64,000 nucleotides of DNA from Nymphaea colorata (GCF_008831285.2 NC_045138.2:36456001-36520000); one strand, 5' to 3'; counted from the first letter of the stretch, positions 11,967 through 24,750 are shown. Notes: generated by a model not told the origin, from the sequence alone. Made by a program: numbers and translations.

Positions 11967-14900
11967 TCTGGTTTGGGCTTTGATTTGCTGATTGTGATCA
12001 CAACTTTTTTGCTGGTTCATGAATATGGTGTTCACCAACTATTTGCTGTAATTATTGAAGCTACAAGTTGTCGATTTCTTGAGGAAAGATAGTTGCTGCC
12101 CTTGCATGGAGAGACCATCATCGTGCTGATTTTGCTGACTGCACTCCTATTGAAGCCAGGTTGGTGATTGGTGGCCAACATGCTCACCAATTGTTTAGTA
12201 GTTTTTTTTGCATCAGTGTGGATCTAGGTTCAGCTATAAGCTTACGGTTCTACTGGAGGAGTGCTGAAAATAGCTGTATCTAAGTGCTGGTGCTGCTTAG
12301 CAGCTTTACATTTGGTATGCATCCCAATTGTTCGATGAAATTGTTGTGCATGCTAAACAAGAATGTTTTATTGCTGATTTGTTGATTCACAAGAAAGATC
12401 TGACCCTAGTGGCCCGTTATTTCAAAATCAGTTGTCCCTTTTATCTCATGAGCCCCTTTCTTGCCAAACCAAGTTGCCAGTATTTCAAAGCTGGTATGCT
12501 CTCAAATCGGTTGTCCAATTCAATATTTCTATCTGACATGAGGTGAATTCTTCAAAGTTTGCTTTCCTTCAAGGTCAAGCTTTTCTGCAATCCAATCCTA
12601 GTAGTTTGTTTGGGAAAATAGATGTGCTTAACCCAATCATTTTCAAAACTTCCATTAACCCAATCATTTTCAAAACTTCCAATCGACTTTATGAGAACTT
12701 GTTACCTTGAAACCAACCTTTTGTGTAGAAGACCCTACTTTTACGAGGGAGTTGATGAAGTTTGTTGTCACACTTTCAAGTGATATATCATTTGATGTCA
12801 AGAACTTTTTTTGAAAGAGGAAATTTTTAGTTTTTGCTTAAAAAACATTTTGAAAGGGTCTTCTCAACTAATGATATGCCTTTATTTTATTCTCAGTACC
12901 TTCTCGAGTAAAAGGAGAAAGTTTCAAGTTTTTGTTGTCGATCATTAGAAGAGAAAGTCTGGAAAAGTCATAGATATGAGCAGTGAGGAAAATTTTATGA
13001 AGCTGAGAAAGTCAAGACTAGGAAATGTTATTGACTCTAGTGATCAAACATCTGCAAGGATTTAGCAAGTTAATAGCTTAAGAGAGAAGCCATAATGCCT
13101 ATAAAATCTTGGCAGGTAGCAAAATGAGAGTTGAGAGATGGGCTCGGGGCTCGTGTAGTCATTCCTCTGGGTCAGTAATCAAGAGTATCGGGTAAACATA
13201 TAGGTGATTTATGTCTATACCGCGAAGATGATGACTTATGAACTTTTTGGCATGTTGAAAACCCGTAAGGTGAAGCGGGTCTGGATACATGACAAAAATA
13301 CACATCACCACCAAAGCGGTGGAGTTCCGTAGTAGCCTTTGGGGTGGTGAGGTATTCCCTCAAAGGTGAAGGTCGGCCTGAAAAAATAAAATCAAAAGCA
13401 AGAAAAAAAAAAGTAAAAGGCAAAAAGCCGAATGCAAAAGAAAAAAAAAAGAAAAACCAAAAAGGTGTCTGCCAAGAGATGAATGGCATTTAGGCTGAAC
13501 TCATAGGAATTGAATGCAACGATCTTTCGTGGATGTGCAATCCTCAGGTCAATATCTACTCTTTTTTATTTTCTAAGACGTGGAGGATGGTTCCTTTATG
13601 TTCATATTTTGGAAATTGAAAGACATCCCTTGTAGAGATTCAACAACATTGATGCGAAATGCATCCTGATGCTTGTACGGTACTGAGGGCAAATGAAAGA
13701 TATATCATTTGCACAATACGAGCACTCTAGCTTATGATTTAAATTGATGGTTTATGAGTTATTATAAGTAAAAACTTGACATCTCTTGTTATGTTTCAAA
13801 TTTTCCATCAACCCGTCTGTCTCAAAATCTGGATAAAAGATTAATCCTGAGCCATTAGTCCATCTTAACCGAGCATCTTCAACCTACCTTTCTATGGCAT
13901 CCTAAACTTAGGGTTGAGTTTGTTATCATCGAGTAATGGAATGCAGGTAGCCGACACAACTTCTGCCCCTGAAATTTGAGTATTGGATATGAACGAATGT
14001 CTAATTGTGTTTAAAGCTTTTGTAGATTTGGGCAAAATATGTTAGGTGTTTTACACTTGTAGGTCTAGGGATATGACCACATGTCTAATTGTGTTAATTT
14101 TCGTGCAAAACTTTTTTTTGCCACTGTGGCAGAAATGCTCTTAATTTTCATCATGCAAATGCATATAACATACCTGATTTGCGTTCCTTCAGGATGCTAA
14201 TGAATTGAATAGTCTTACTGCTTTATGAATTGACTCTTACATTTTGAACGTTCATAAGCAATTTTATTATTGGAAAGTCTACAAACATTCATAATCTATA
14301 ATTCAATAAAAAATGTGCATAAGTGGGTTTATGCTAATGATTTTAAGTATTAAATAAGGTATAGAGGTATCTTTTGAAGTTACAGTATTAGCTTGGTTTT
14401 TTCCACTTCAGTTTTTCATCTATCATTGTGCGTAGGGGAGGGAGTCGGATCGAGACCAGGCTGTGGGTTACATCTCTTCTTCTATCAAGTATGCATTTAC
14501 ATGGGTAAGTGACTATTTTCCTACCATTAGCATATAAATGCATTGTGGAGTACTTGTCCCTTCCATTCAGCTCCTGGTGCAGGTGTTTGTAAGCTCTAAT
14601 ACGAAGCACCTTCTTCAAGCACACAAGCAACAAATACCTTGTATCTACATAACTTATGTGCAAGCACATGATCATATAAAAAACATGATCATATAAAAAC
14701 TTTGTGTGCTCAGACTCAAACTTTAAACAGGAAGGGTGTAGCATTCTTTCACATGCAACTTACATATCAGTTTTCTTATGGTTCGTTAATTAGTAAAGAG
14801 TGATAATGATGTTTCCTGGACTGATAAAGACAGTGATGTTAGCAATTATATCTTTTTTCTTGCCATGAATAACCGTGAACCTCCTGATGTATTGACAGGA

Positions 14901-16154
14901 TTGAGCATCTTTGGAATTTCTAGTTGGAGAGTGCTATTTCCATTGAAAATGTTATATAAGCACATTCAACTTTTTGAAGTGGTGACAACAATGTACCCAG
15001 GTTTGAATTTCTTTCATTTAACTGCCTGGATTAGATACAAAAAAGCACAATAAATTGAAAGAAGTCCTCATCTAAAACGTGTTTTTTATATCAACCCAAA
15101 CTTGAGCATGTTTGCCTAAAATTCCCAGTTTCCATTCTACATGACATTTGTTACTTGACATTGTTCGCCATGATTTAATGCTGATCGGTGATATATACCA
15201 TCTTATCTTTTGTTGCTCATGCTGGGTAATTCTTATCCTATATTAGAGATGCACTTTTTTTTTATCGGTCATCATTTCCTACCAGTTCCCACTGTTTGAT
15301 AAATCCTGAGGCATGCATCACGTCATCATAGCATGCATCACGTCATCATAGCATTTTCTTTTCGAGTATTTTTATTCGTGTTGTATATATATAGGTCCTA
15401 TTTTGTTGGTTTACTAAAGAGTCATACTCCTGATACACCATCCCTTGAAAAAAAATGCATTGACATACTAACCATATCTGTCATACCTTCATACATTTGA
15501 TGGACCATTCATTTAGAATATATATCTGTATATGCCACATGTATTAGAGTTTGGTCATATTTTTTCTGGTGAAAGTTCTGTGGGCCTTGACTCAGATTTT
15601 TACTTTTTTGGCAGCTGACTCATAGAGGTAGGGCAAGTTACGGGCATGGATAAGTGTCCACATAGGAGTGGCTTCTCGCTTAAAAAAACTCCTTTCTGGC
15701 ATTAGTTCTGCAATTAAAATATATTTCTTGTGTGATTCTAACTGTCTTCAGGCTTAGGGTCCATCTCAGCCTTATATGATGCTTGCATTATGTTCATTGT
15801 TACTCTTAGGTTTTACGGGATGTTGATGGTGCATCAGAAGTAACCAAGGTGCATCCTTTAGCATTGCTTGCTGAAGAATTGAGAAAACTTTTAAAGAAAG
15901 AGTCAACCATGTTCTGACCTGCATTATCTCGCTGGCATCCACAAGCTGTTGCTATATCTGTTTCTTTGCTTCAACTAACTTGTATTCCACTTGTTTGGTC
16001 CCACCTCTTGGAAGGTGTTGCAGGTGTACTCATTGAGTTGGTCATACCCTATGCATTCATATTTTTATGTCAAAAAAAAGAAAGAGAAAAGAGCATACCA
16101 CAGAACCGAAAGATATCATTTGACCAATATGCTGGTATCAGAAATATGGTCATG

Positions 16155-16515
16155 GATAGGGCTCACCATGACCCGAGTTGAGCCCGATCTCGGCCAGCTC
16201 GAGCTTGCATGACAATGTCAGCTGGAGCTCTACTCGATACACGAGTCTAAGCTTGAGTTCGGCTCATTTAGCAATACCCATTAAATGACAAGATTTTTTA
16301 TTAGGCTCGTTTTACCTAATCTACTGAACATAGAACGAAATTGTGATTTATATACATTAAATGGAGCCATATTGAGCTTATTTGGATTGAGTGAAGACAA
16401 CTCAAACTCGCCTCGTTTATGATCTGGAGCTTAAATTTAAGGTTGAGCTCAACTTGTATAGCAAAAAAGGCAGCTCAAGCTGAGCTTTAGCTAATCAAGC
16501 TCGAGCTGCTTCGCT
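16155..16515. mobile_element. GAGCTCGAGC-motif MITE-like element, copy inside the PATROL1 pseudogene
   Basis: Repeated CTCGAGCTT/TTGAGCTC motifs at both ends with an AT-rich middle; same position as the element at ~37955-38350. Confidence 0.55.
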
Positions 16516-16982
16516 TGTTGTTCAGGGGTAGTGATGGATATGGACTCATAATAGTACATTCAACCATGTGGGTTACCTAAAAGAAACTAACTATTATGAG
16601 TTAACGTTGAACTTCAATTAAGCATATGCAGTTGGGAATCCAGGAAGCATGTTTGTTTGGTTTGAGTTCATCTGTTACTTGTTACCCTCTATGCATTTCG
16701 TTCTGTCATTCGGTGCATTCTTCTTTGCCATACCAGGTTTTCCTTTTCATTGCCTGTCACAGTCATTGTATGCCTTCTAGCCTTGGTTTTGCTTGATTTT
16801 TGCATGTACTTGTAGATCGAGTCAATATCAGGAATGCTGGCAATGCGTTTGGGTAAACTCCCAGATGGGAAGGATTTTAGGGTGGGTTGAAAGAACAATT
16901 CAGCAGGAGGTGAGTTGCAGTATACAAACTCTTTGTTGGATCTAATCAATGCAACACTTTACCTCTTTTTAAATCTTTAGTC

Positions 16983-17291
16983 AAGCCAAGCCGAATGTCT
17001 CTAGTATTTCAACACTGCACGCATTGTAAATTGGAATATCCATCACACATGGTGCATGCTCATACACACACATGGGTAACTGTGCATATACCTCCTCTAT
17101 GATCTGATATACTTCAACGATTGAACTCCCATGGTGCTGTTGAGGTGATAAAGGTTCCAATTTCTGAAAGTATTGCAGCACACATTAACCACAAGAATCG
17201 AAAATGGAGAAAGAGAAGAAGAGAAAGCAAAAGAATATTGGCAGAAAATAGACACTGCACTTAGCTAAATCCCCAAGAATGAGGAGTAGCC
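16983..17291 (-). pseudogene. Inverted block of the PATROL1 copy containing complete exon 17 (17163-17092)
   Basis: Reverse complement matches ~38970-39313. Minus-strand translation KLEPLSPQQHHGSSIVEVYQIIEE versus parent KWEPLSPQQRHGSSIVEVYRIIEE. Flanks are in + orientation. Confidence 0.93.
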
Positions 17292-20200
17292 ACCTGTAAA
17301 CCGTCAACCTTGGCTGGATGGTAAGGATCGGAGCAGCAGCATCTGGATTGCTTTTTCGACCCTCATCGATCCAGCAAGGGTCGAGCCCTCGCCCTTTTTT
17401 GATAAGGGTTGAGGATGACCCGACCCTCACCATGCCAAGCGATGTCGGACGGGTCAGTGAAGATTAGGGCTCTCCTCAACCATAACTGTTGGGCAGGGCA
17501 ATGGTTCGACTCTCTCCAGAACAACAAAGATTGGGTGTCTTGACCATCGTTGTTCCATTACAAGGGAGTGAGTGGGATGGCGAGGGTTGGGCAATCGACC
17601 CTCCCCGAGCATCTAGGAATTGGATGCTGCCACCCCAATCCTCACAATCTGGTGGAGATCAATGGATGGCCACCCTCTCCCCTTGCGGTTGGTGATTTGT
17701 TACTTTAAATTTCATTTTTTAAAAATAAATTCAAAGCAAGGTTAAAATGGTAAATAACGTATATATTTTAGTGTCATTTTTATAAGAAGACAACCTATTT
17801 ATTGTGGTGCAAAAAATGATGATCCATTTGTTATTGCCCAAAGGTTGAGTGGTAGGTTGTAAATTTTTATTGTTTACATGGATGCTATTTTAATAATTTG
17901 ATCTCTTTAACCTAATGTAATTAATGAACGAGCTATGGTTCAATTAAGAGGAGGCCTTTCTTATTAACAGGGCAAAAACTTTGGTTTGTTGAATGGCATT
18001 AGGTATGTTTTTTATTATTTTTAAATACTTTGGTGTGTTCTTGAGAATTTCTGAAAAGAATTTAGGTTTCCTTGACTGCTGAAACACCTTTTCCAAAACT
18101 TGCGTTGATTAATTTTGAACTTTTACATTTCTCTTGTTAAAGGTTGAGGGAAATTCATGTGGAGTCCTTTATTGGGAATACTTAGTGAACAGTCCTAAAT
18201 TCAGCATTTCAACCTTACATTTGGTAGAATTCCATTTTTTTTTCTTCTAAAGTTGCTGGCATTTGAATTGTATTGATGCACAATGGTCTTGTTATCAATA
18301 CCCCACAACCATAGACTCCTGTATGGACATAGTACAGGACGCATGTATTGGAGTGGCTAAAAAAATAAAAAAATCTTGTAGTTGATTTTGGTCATGGGAT
18401 TGATGTTTCTATTCTATTCCTTGATATGTTGACTTTAGAGGTGAATCTTTCACGTATCTCCTTTTTTGTCGTAGAACTCCTTTTTTGTCATAGAACTGTT
18501 GCATGGGATTGTCATGCAGGCGCATTTTGGGTGTCTCTAACACTTATGTATACTAATGTTACCATGTCTTACTAATGAACGTTTCATCTGTTTTCATCAT
18601 TTCATTTTGATACCGGTCCTATTGTAATGGAAAGAATCAACTCCCTCGCTTGCAGTAGGTTTTCCTCCGGGAGACAGCTTGCAGCTGTTTAATCATTTTC
18701 TCCTATGTTTGACTAATGTGCTCTTGAATGTTCTTTGCCAACACTTGTGGATTGTCATATTCAGCAATGGCATGGCATGTTTTCTTTAATATTCTTTCTT
18801 GACATAAAATGGTGCTTCTGCGTACTTCAAGCTTTATACGAGTAAAACTTTTTATGTCCTCATGTCTTATATCTTTTTCTTTTCTTAACGAGTAGGCGGT
18901 TGAACAGTTTTTTGCCTTGAAATGTCCTATGAGGCTCGCAGAATTGAATAGCTTCTTCTATGGTCTTGATAATGCATTTTAAGTTTACACAAGGAATGTT
19001 GTTGACCAGATAGGTGAGCTTGATTCTTGCTTAGCGTTTTACTGCACCTGTTTGTCACCTTCAGTTCTACCTGTTGCAATCCTGCTTTTGTTATACTCTC
19101 CAGCTTCTAAGTGAAAGTTGGAATATGGAGCTATAATAATTTAAACTTGTTTAGATTCTCTAATTTGTGTAAATAAACTATATATGGGAAGTGATTAGCT
19201 TCTGGACGCATCAGATCTCCAATAGAATGTAAACATGGACATTTTGTTTTGATGATTCTGTGAAAAATGGAATAAAGGTGGGGAGGAGTGCGGGTGGGGG
19301 GAAGGACCAGTTCTCTCATCTTTTTTTGTTCTGCTGCTATTTAGATAGCTTACTTGAGACCATCATTAGCTCCAATTAGCTGCTGAGTGCCAACTAGCTA
19401 CTTATTATGGTGCAGCCAGTTTTTAGTTTTAAGGAAGTTTTGATATTCATATTGCATGTTTTAGCATGACGTCTGCATGTTGTATTGCACAAAGGAGTTG
19501 GATGCGCATTCAACAGTCACCTCAAGTTTGCATTGTTCTTTGCTGCACTCAAATACAAGTTGGTATGACATGATCAGCCAAATGAACAAATTGGAAGATA
19601 GCATCCGAGAGAGATGGTCAAGTAAAGCGCCTCAGGACATTTTGAATGCTAGTAATCTTCTGAGCTACTAAGCCTAGCTTGCAATTGGTTGCATCTGTAC
19701 CCTGGCAATTATACACACTATTCTAGGAGTTGCTGAATTATTAGTTTGTCTTTGGGGCAGATGAAGTGCAAAGTGTATTGTCTGATTTATAGTATTTACA
19801 TTACAAGGGTGCAACGTTCATGTTCATAGTGATGGCATGTCAATGATGTCAACTGATGATTTTTTTTTTTCTGTCAATTTTGTTTGATTATTTTACATAA
19901 TATTCTTATTCACTTTCATCTAGGGAGGACTACTGATGATTTGTCAAGAAGCTAACTCAATAACAGCCAAACAGATGCATTTGATGGAATAGGGAAAGAC
20001 ATAAATGCAGCAAAAGACAACATTTGTGAGTTCACAGGTAAGTATTCATATTTGTTCACTCTATGCAAAATTTCTCATGGCCTTGAGGGTAGTTTCTTTT
20101 ATCTCAAACCTAGTGGTGCAGAGTTGCCGTCCATTGATAGACGCTTTGAAGTTTACACCATTCTCACAGATACAATGTTTTTTCCAGAGAAATGATGTTG

Positions 20201-20850
20201 AGATGTTAAAAAAAGCTGAAAAAAACACACTTGAAAAAATACACCATTCTCACAGATACGATGTTTTTTCGTTTCTCTTTTTGACGTTAATATCATCATG
20301 GATTGCACGTTAAATTATTTATCATTGTTATCATCATTAAACAACAATGGTTTACGCCTTTGGATGTGATAAGCTGAATCAGCCTCAAAGCGTGGTATAT
20401 GCTAAGGGCTGGTAAACAAGCTGAAAACCCCAAAGATATAGGTGCTGCAGCGCCTGATTGTGTTAGCTGTCTAAATCTTGATCTTTATTATCCCCAGGTG
20501 AAAATGAGTTTGCAGTCAAGATGGGTAGAAAACAAAGTATAATTGAAAAATTATGGCTAAAACTTTAGGTTTATTTGGTAGGCATTAGCTGTATCGTGAA
20601 ACCTGAAGTTTGAAAGAGTTATTATTCTATGTGCGTGATGTAAATACATACTTCGTAATTCATATTACTCAACAAGCGCTGCATGCCATAGATGGCACGT
20701 ACCATTTCTGGTCTGTGTTTAGGTGCAGCGAAATAGACGCCCCATTTTAAAATGGAGGCCTTGCATTCTGCCAAAATGTCTAAAGTTATACCTCCATCGC
20801 CAATCTTCTACTCCAACGCCTTTGACCCTGCAATTGGCTATGTGCTTGAC

Positions 20851-20950
20851 AATGCAACGGCCAATGCCAATGAGGAGTGCGCAAATGACATGATTGCTTG
20901 CCAATGCAACGGCCAATGCCAATGAGGAGTGCGCAAATGACATGATTGCT
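20851..20950 (+). repeat. Tandem duplication, 52-bp period
   Basis: AATGCAACGGCCAATGCCAATGAGGAGTGCGCAAATGACATGATTGCT occurs twice, identical. Confidence 0.9.
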
Positions 20951-21214
20951 GTTGTATGAGTTCCTTCAATTTTGTTTATATTCAGTTGCCATCTACCCTA
21001 GCCTTGAAGTATCCTCCCCTTTTCATGCCTTCCATTGCATCTCCCTTACGAAAGTATCTGTACGACCACAGAGGGTGCGAAACTTGATAACGTAGAACTG
21101 GGAGTCGAGATGCATTCAAAGGAATCAAGGCTAGAGCTGTTTAGGTCGACATCAAAGAAGAAACATATATATATGTAGGGGATATATTAATTTGTCCGGA
21201 ATGCCATAAAAAAA

Positions 21215-21500
21215 AACCGTTATTACTTTTCTTGTGCCGGTTTAGTAACTGTAGTTACAGCGGTGATTCACATCGCCGGTATTAGCCTATAGCGGTGATT
21301 GTGCCACCGGTACACATGGTTCCACCGATGATACCAATCGCCTGTATAGTGAAATAGCGGTAAGGACGGCCATCGGACCGTAAAGCCGTAATAGCGGCGA
21401 CCTTTTCCACTTAGATCTACAGCGGTGACTAGGACCCATAGCGGTGATCGACTTCACCGTTGTACGGTATACTGGTGATGCGCCCACCGCTGTTTGTTTT
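21215..21500. mobile_element. Probable DNA-transposon end fragment with reiterated AGCGGTGA / CACCG motifs
   Basis: Several AGCGGTGA(T/C) motifs plus inverse CACCG motifs within ~290 bp; no clear TIR or TSD. Confidence 0.35.
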
Positions 21501-21544
21501 GTTGCATGGGGGTTTTATCCGGGCATAAATCCACGACTCTAATA

Positions 21545-22440
21545 TCCATGGTGATCTCAGATCCACAGTAAAAGAAACACACCCTTATATTGATAGATTG
21601 AGCTTCGGAGCTCTCACTCAACAAACATATGCTGGCCGACAATTTTATTCTCGATGCTTGTATGGCTATTTTGTCTCCTTTCTAGATTGCTTGGTTATTC
21701 AGATTTGAGATGCAATGGATGCCCAGATCATGACAAGGCTTTCTTCATGCACTCAATGGTAGACTTGGGAAAAGAATGACTCACAGGCAGATTTTTCTGA
21801 AAAAAAAAAAATCATACCTAAAATGGCTAAAAAGGCAGGTTTGTGGTCTATAGATTCTTTAAGCTGTAGTTGTGAGATTTTCTTTTCCAATTTAAGAGTG
21901 GACTTTTGCTTTTTTTGTTTTTCTTTAGTAGTTAAATAGAATAGAAGAAGGACTTCTACACCATCCTGTGGTGCCATATGTTGAGTCAGACAGTCCTTTT
22001 GGCAAAGATTGAAGAATCTGAAGTATAACCTTGTAAGTAGTTCAATATTTCCCTTTTCTTTAACTTATACATGACATATTTAATCATTTTTCCCCCTAAT
22101 TCAATTGCTCAATGCATTTGCAATTGTTTTGGCCTTATCTGTTTTGTTTTCTTTCTTATAGCTTCTTCCATCTTCTGCAGGTGAAATAGAAAGAAATGAA
22201 TGCCTCAGGCCTCCAGACCTCTTAGGGATATTGCCCCTGCACTTGCTGAAAGGCCTGCAGGGAGTGATATTAGAGGTGATGTCTGTCATTGGGCAGATGG
22301 TTACCATCTTATTGTCAAATTATATGAGAAGCTGCTATTTAGTGTTTTTGACATACTAGACCAGTGAAAAGTTGCCGAGGAAATTGTTGGCAACGGTTAG
22401 TTAGGGGATACATTAATTTGTCTGTCAAGCAAAATGAATT
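21545..22440 (+). pseudogene. Second decayed PATROL1 fragment (end of intron 6 and exons 7-9)
   Basis: Matches ~30070-31030 (e.g. GGTTATTCAGATTT, GGCAAAGATTGAAGAATCTGA, TGGGCAGATGGTTACCATCT, TATATGAGAAGCTGCTATTTAGTGTTTTTGACATACT) with many indels. Confidence 0.9.
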
Positions 22441-22534
22441 ATGGGGGAGAAACCAAAAGCCAGCAAAAAAAAAAATTTGTAGAATTTATTTTTACAAGGA
22501 TGGATTGTTAAGAATGGTGTGGAGCACCAACGGT

Positions 22535-22886
22535 GTTTTTGGCCCCCTTTGAATGATAGAGGGAACAGGCGAGGTTTTGCACATAAATCAGGTTTTTGGA
22601 GAAATTAAATTTGCAAATAACTTGAACTTAACTCTTTCTTTTTGGATTTCAAAATTTGAGTTTGCAAACAAAAAAGACCCATGTAAAGTGGCCCTGGTCA
22701 ATTCATTTTCCATTTTATATATTGGCAGTCGTCTGTAAAAGAAAGGTGGATCCTTTTGTTGAGTTTTGGCCAAGGTAGTTCAAACTGGTATAGGCACGAT
22801 ATCATTCTGGTCGACTGGTGGCCGGAAAATGGTGAAACTTCTCCACCATTGTGAAGTGAATTAGATGGAAAGGGTGAAAACATTGC
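22535..22886 (+). repeat. Duplicated upstream segment, copy 2 (upstream of intact PATROL1)
   Basis: Direct repeat of ~10365-10716. Confidence 0.9.
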
Positions 22887-23547
22887 TCTCTCCCTGAAGT
22901 TTCAGAAACCTGATCTTCTTATCATATCAGCGAAGAGAACGGGAAAGTAGGATTCTGTATAAAAAATTGGTTTGACTCTTGAAACCAAATTTTCAACCTG
23001 ATTCCAAGCAATGCGTTAGGCCTTTTTAAACCTAGCGTAATATCTCTCCTTATCCAAGCATATCGGTTGATAATTAAGCATTGTATTAGCCCCTATTCAT
23101 ATGATAAAAGTCAATACTAGTTTTTTTATTAAATTATTTGTCTTTTTGTTTGTCATTGAATTTGAAATATTTTGGATTATTTTCTAACTTGTGAAACAAA
23201 AAAAAGGTGATAGACGTTAATCTTATTTAACAATACATTTCGGCCTTAAGCCGATACCATTTTTCACTACGCTAATTGATACGATGGTCCGATGGCAAGA
23301 TTTTCTCTGAAAGGGGAACTCCCAACGAGGACGGTTCCTTGGAAATTTTCTTTGGCTTTCATAACTTGAACAAGATGAATAAATTATGTTGAAATCTTGC
23401 TGTAAACATATTCTGTTTAAATACTGCCAGGACGAGATTGGTAAAGCTGCATACCTCATGATACCCAAAAACGAATTTTCAAGAAATATCGTCGCTTAAG
23501 CTTTGACAATATAAAATATTTTTAGAAAATTACAATGAGTATGTTGG

Positions 23548-23550
<3 letters not shown>

Positions 23551-23580
<30 letters not shown>
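23551..23580. repeat. (GA)n microsatellite
   Basis: Perfect GA run of 30 nt. Confidence 0.95.
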
Positions 23581-23586
<6 letters not shown>

Positions 23587-24066
23587 CCACGAGAAAATGG
23601 ATGATTTTATCTACATTTGTACATGTGCAAATAGAAAACGAGACACCACACTACCAAGAATTTTCAGTACATGTTTGTGTGGCAGACGGATGCATTCAAC
23701 CATGTTGCAAAACGAGTTACTAAGGTCCTTTTTTTTTTTTTGTATATAGGAGCGGTTTAGAACCGCATTAACTAACTATAACACGAGGTCGAACTACACC
23801 AATCGGATCCTCCTCAATCAATCGATGTAAATGACTAGGTGGATTGGTAAGAATGGTCACTCTAAAAGATCCTTGAAAGGCCTATGAAGCAAGAAATTCT
23901 GCATGCATATTAGCTTTTTTATGTATATTAGCTTTTCTGTACGTATGACATAAGGCACTCGCAATCATGTCTTCGCATTTCTTGACACTGCTTCACTATA
24001 TGGAATAAAGGATCATGAGACTGCATGTCTTTTTCAATGATATTGTTGTAGTACTGTGAGTGATTG

Positions 24067-24750
24067 TGTGACATTTCTTGGAACATGGTGTTCTGCACAA
24101 CCAAACCCCATCTTTTTGAGTCACCAGAAACAATTATTTGTGAGTTAGATTTTTGGTTTGGAATGTATACCTTAAAACATCAAGGATTTGGATATAAATC
24201 TGAAAAGCCAGAAGCCGATTTGGCATTTGTCTTGTGTTATGTCTATTTCGTCCTTTGTGGGCAACTGTCTCACAGCATATATAGAAAGGGTTCAAGGTAT
24301 CACATCAAAAAAACCAAATCAACGGATATACATTTTTACAATTCAAAGCAATTATAGATCAATAAAATGAAAAATGATATATACATATGGATGAAAAGCG
24401 AAAAAAAATGAGAACTGGTGGTGGCACTCGTGGTTTATCAAACAGTAAGCAATGTTAAACCCCAATAGTGCCTCTTGATTCTGTCAAGAGGAAACCTCAT
24501 AAGATGCATGGCATAAAGACAGCGGAAGGGAAATTTTTGAACTGCTATCTTGACCTATTGAACTAATTATGAATATGGAACGGGTGAACTTCAGGGAGTA
24601 CACAAGGTGGAGCAGTGCACCTGTCTGTGACATTTCTTGGAACATGGTGTTCTCACAATCAAACAGTCTTTTTTAGTCAGAGAAACATTTATTTCTGGGT
24701 TACATTTTGGTTTGGAATGTATATCTTAAGACCGCAAGAATCTGGATGTG
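24067..24750 (+). repeat. Pair of diverged ~125-bp direct repeats (~24067-24195 and ~24627-24750) upstream of PATROL1
   Basis: Both begin TGTGACATTTCTTGGAACATGGTGTTCT and share TTTTGGTTTGGAATGTATA.CTTAA. Confidence 0.85.

Larger units (their letters stand above)
14100..20760 (+). pseudogene. Decayed genomic duplicate of the 3' part of PATROL1 (exon 13 to intron 25, with deletions)
   Basis: Intron and exon homology to ~34620-46690: exon 13 (14436-14504), truncated exon 14 (15810-15973, TCA>TGA at 15915), exon 16 (16816-16909, +1 nt), inverted exon 17, exon 18 (18896-19013, CAA>TAA at 18980), exon 20 lacking its acceptor, exon 21 (19924-20037), end of exon 25. Confidence 0.93.

Noticed and set aside
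11967..14100. Retrotransposon coding region after the PBS-like motif
   Set aside because: No gag, protease, RT or integrase motifs recognisable; too degenerate to call.
20851..21500. Short repeats as a CRISPR-like array
   Set aside because: Only a two-copy tandem duplication and irregular short motifs; no constant repeat with unique spacers, no cas genes, eukaryotic context.
14100..22440. PATROL1 copy as a retrocopy or as a collapsed-haplotype artefact
   Set aside because: Introns are retained, so it is not retroposed. It differs by many substitutions, indels, an inversion and unique blocks, far more than expected for an allele.
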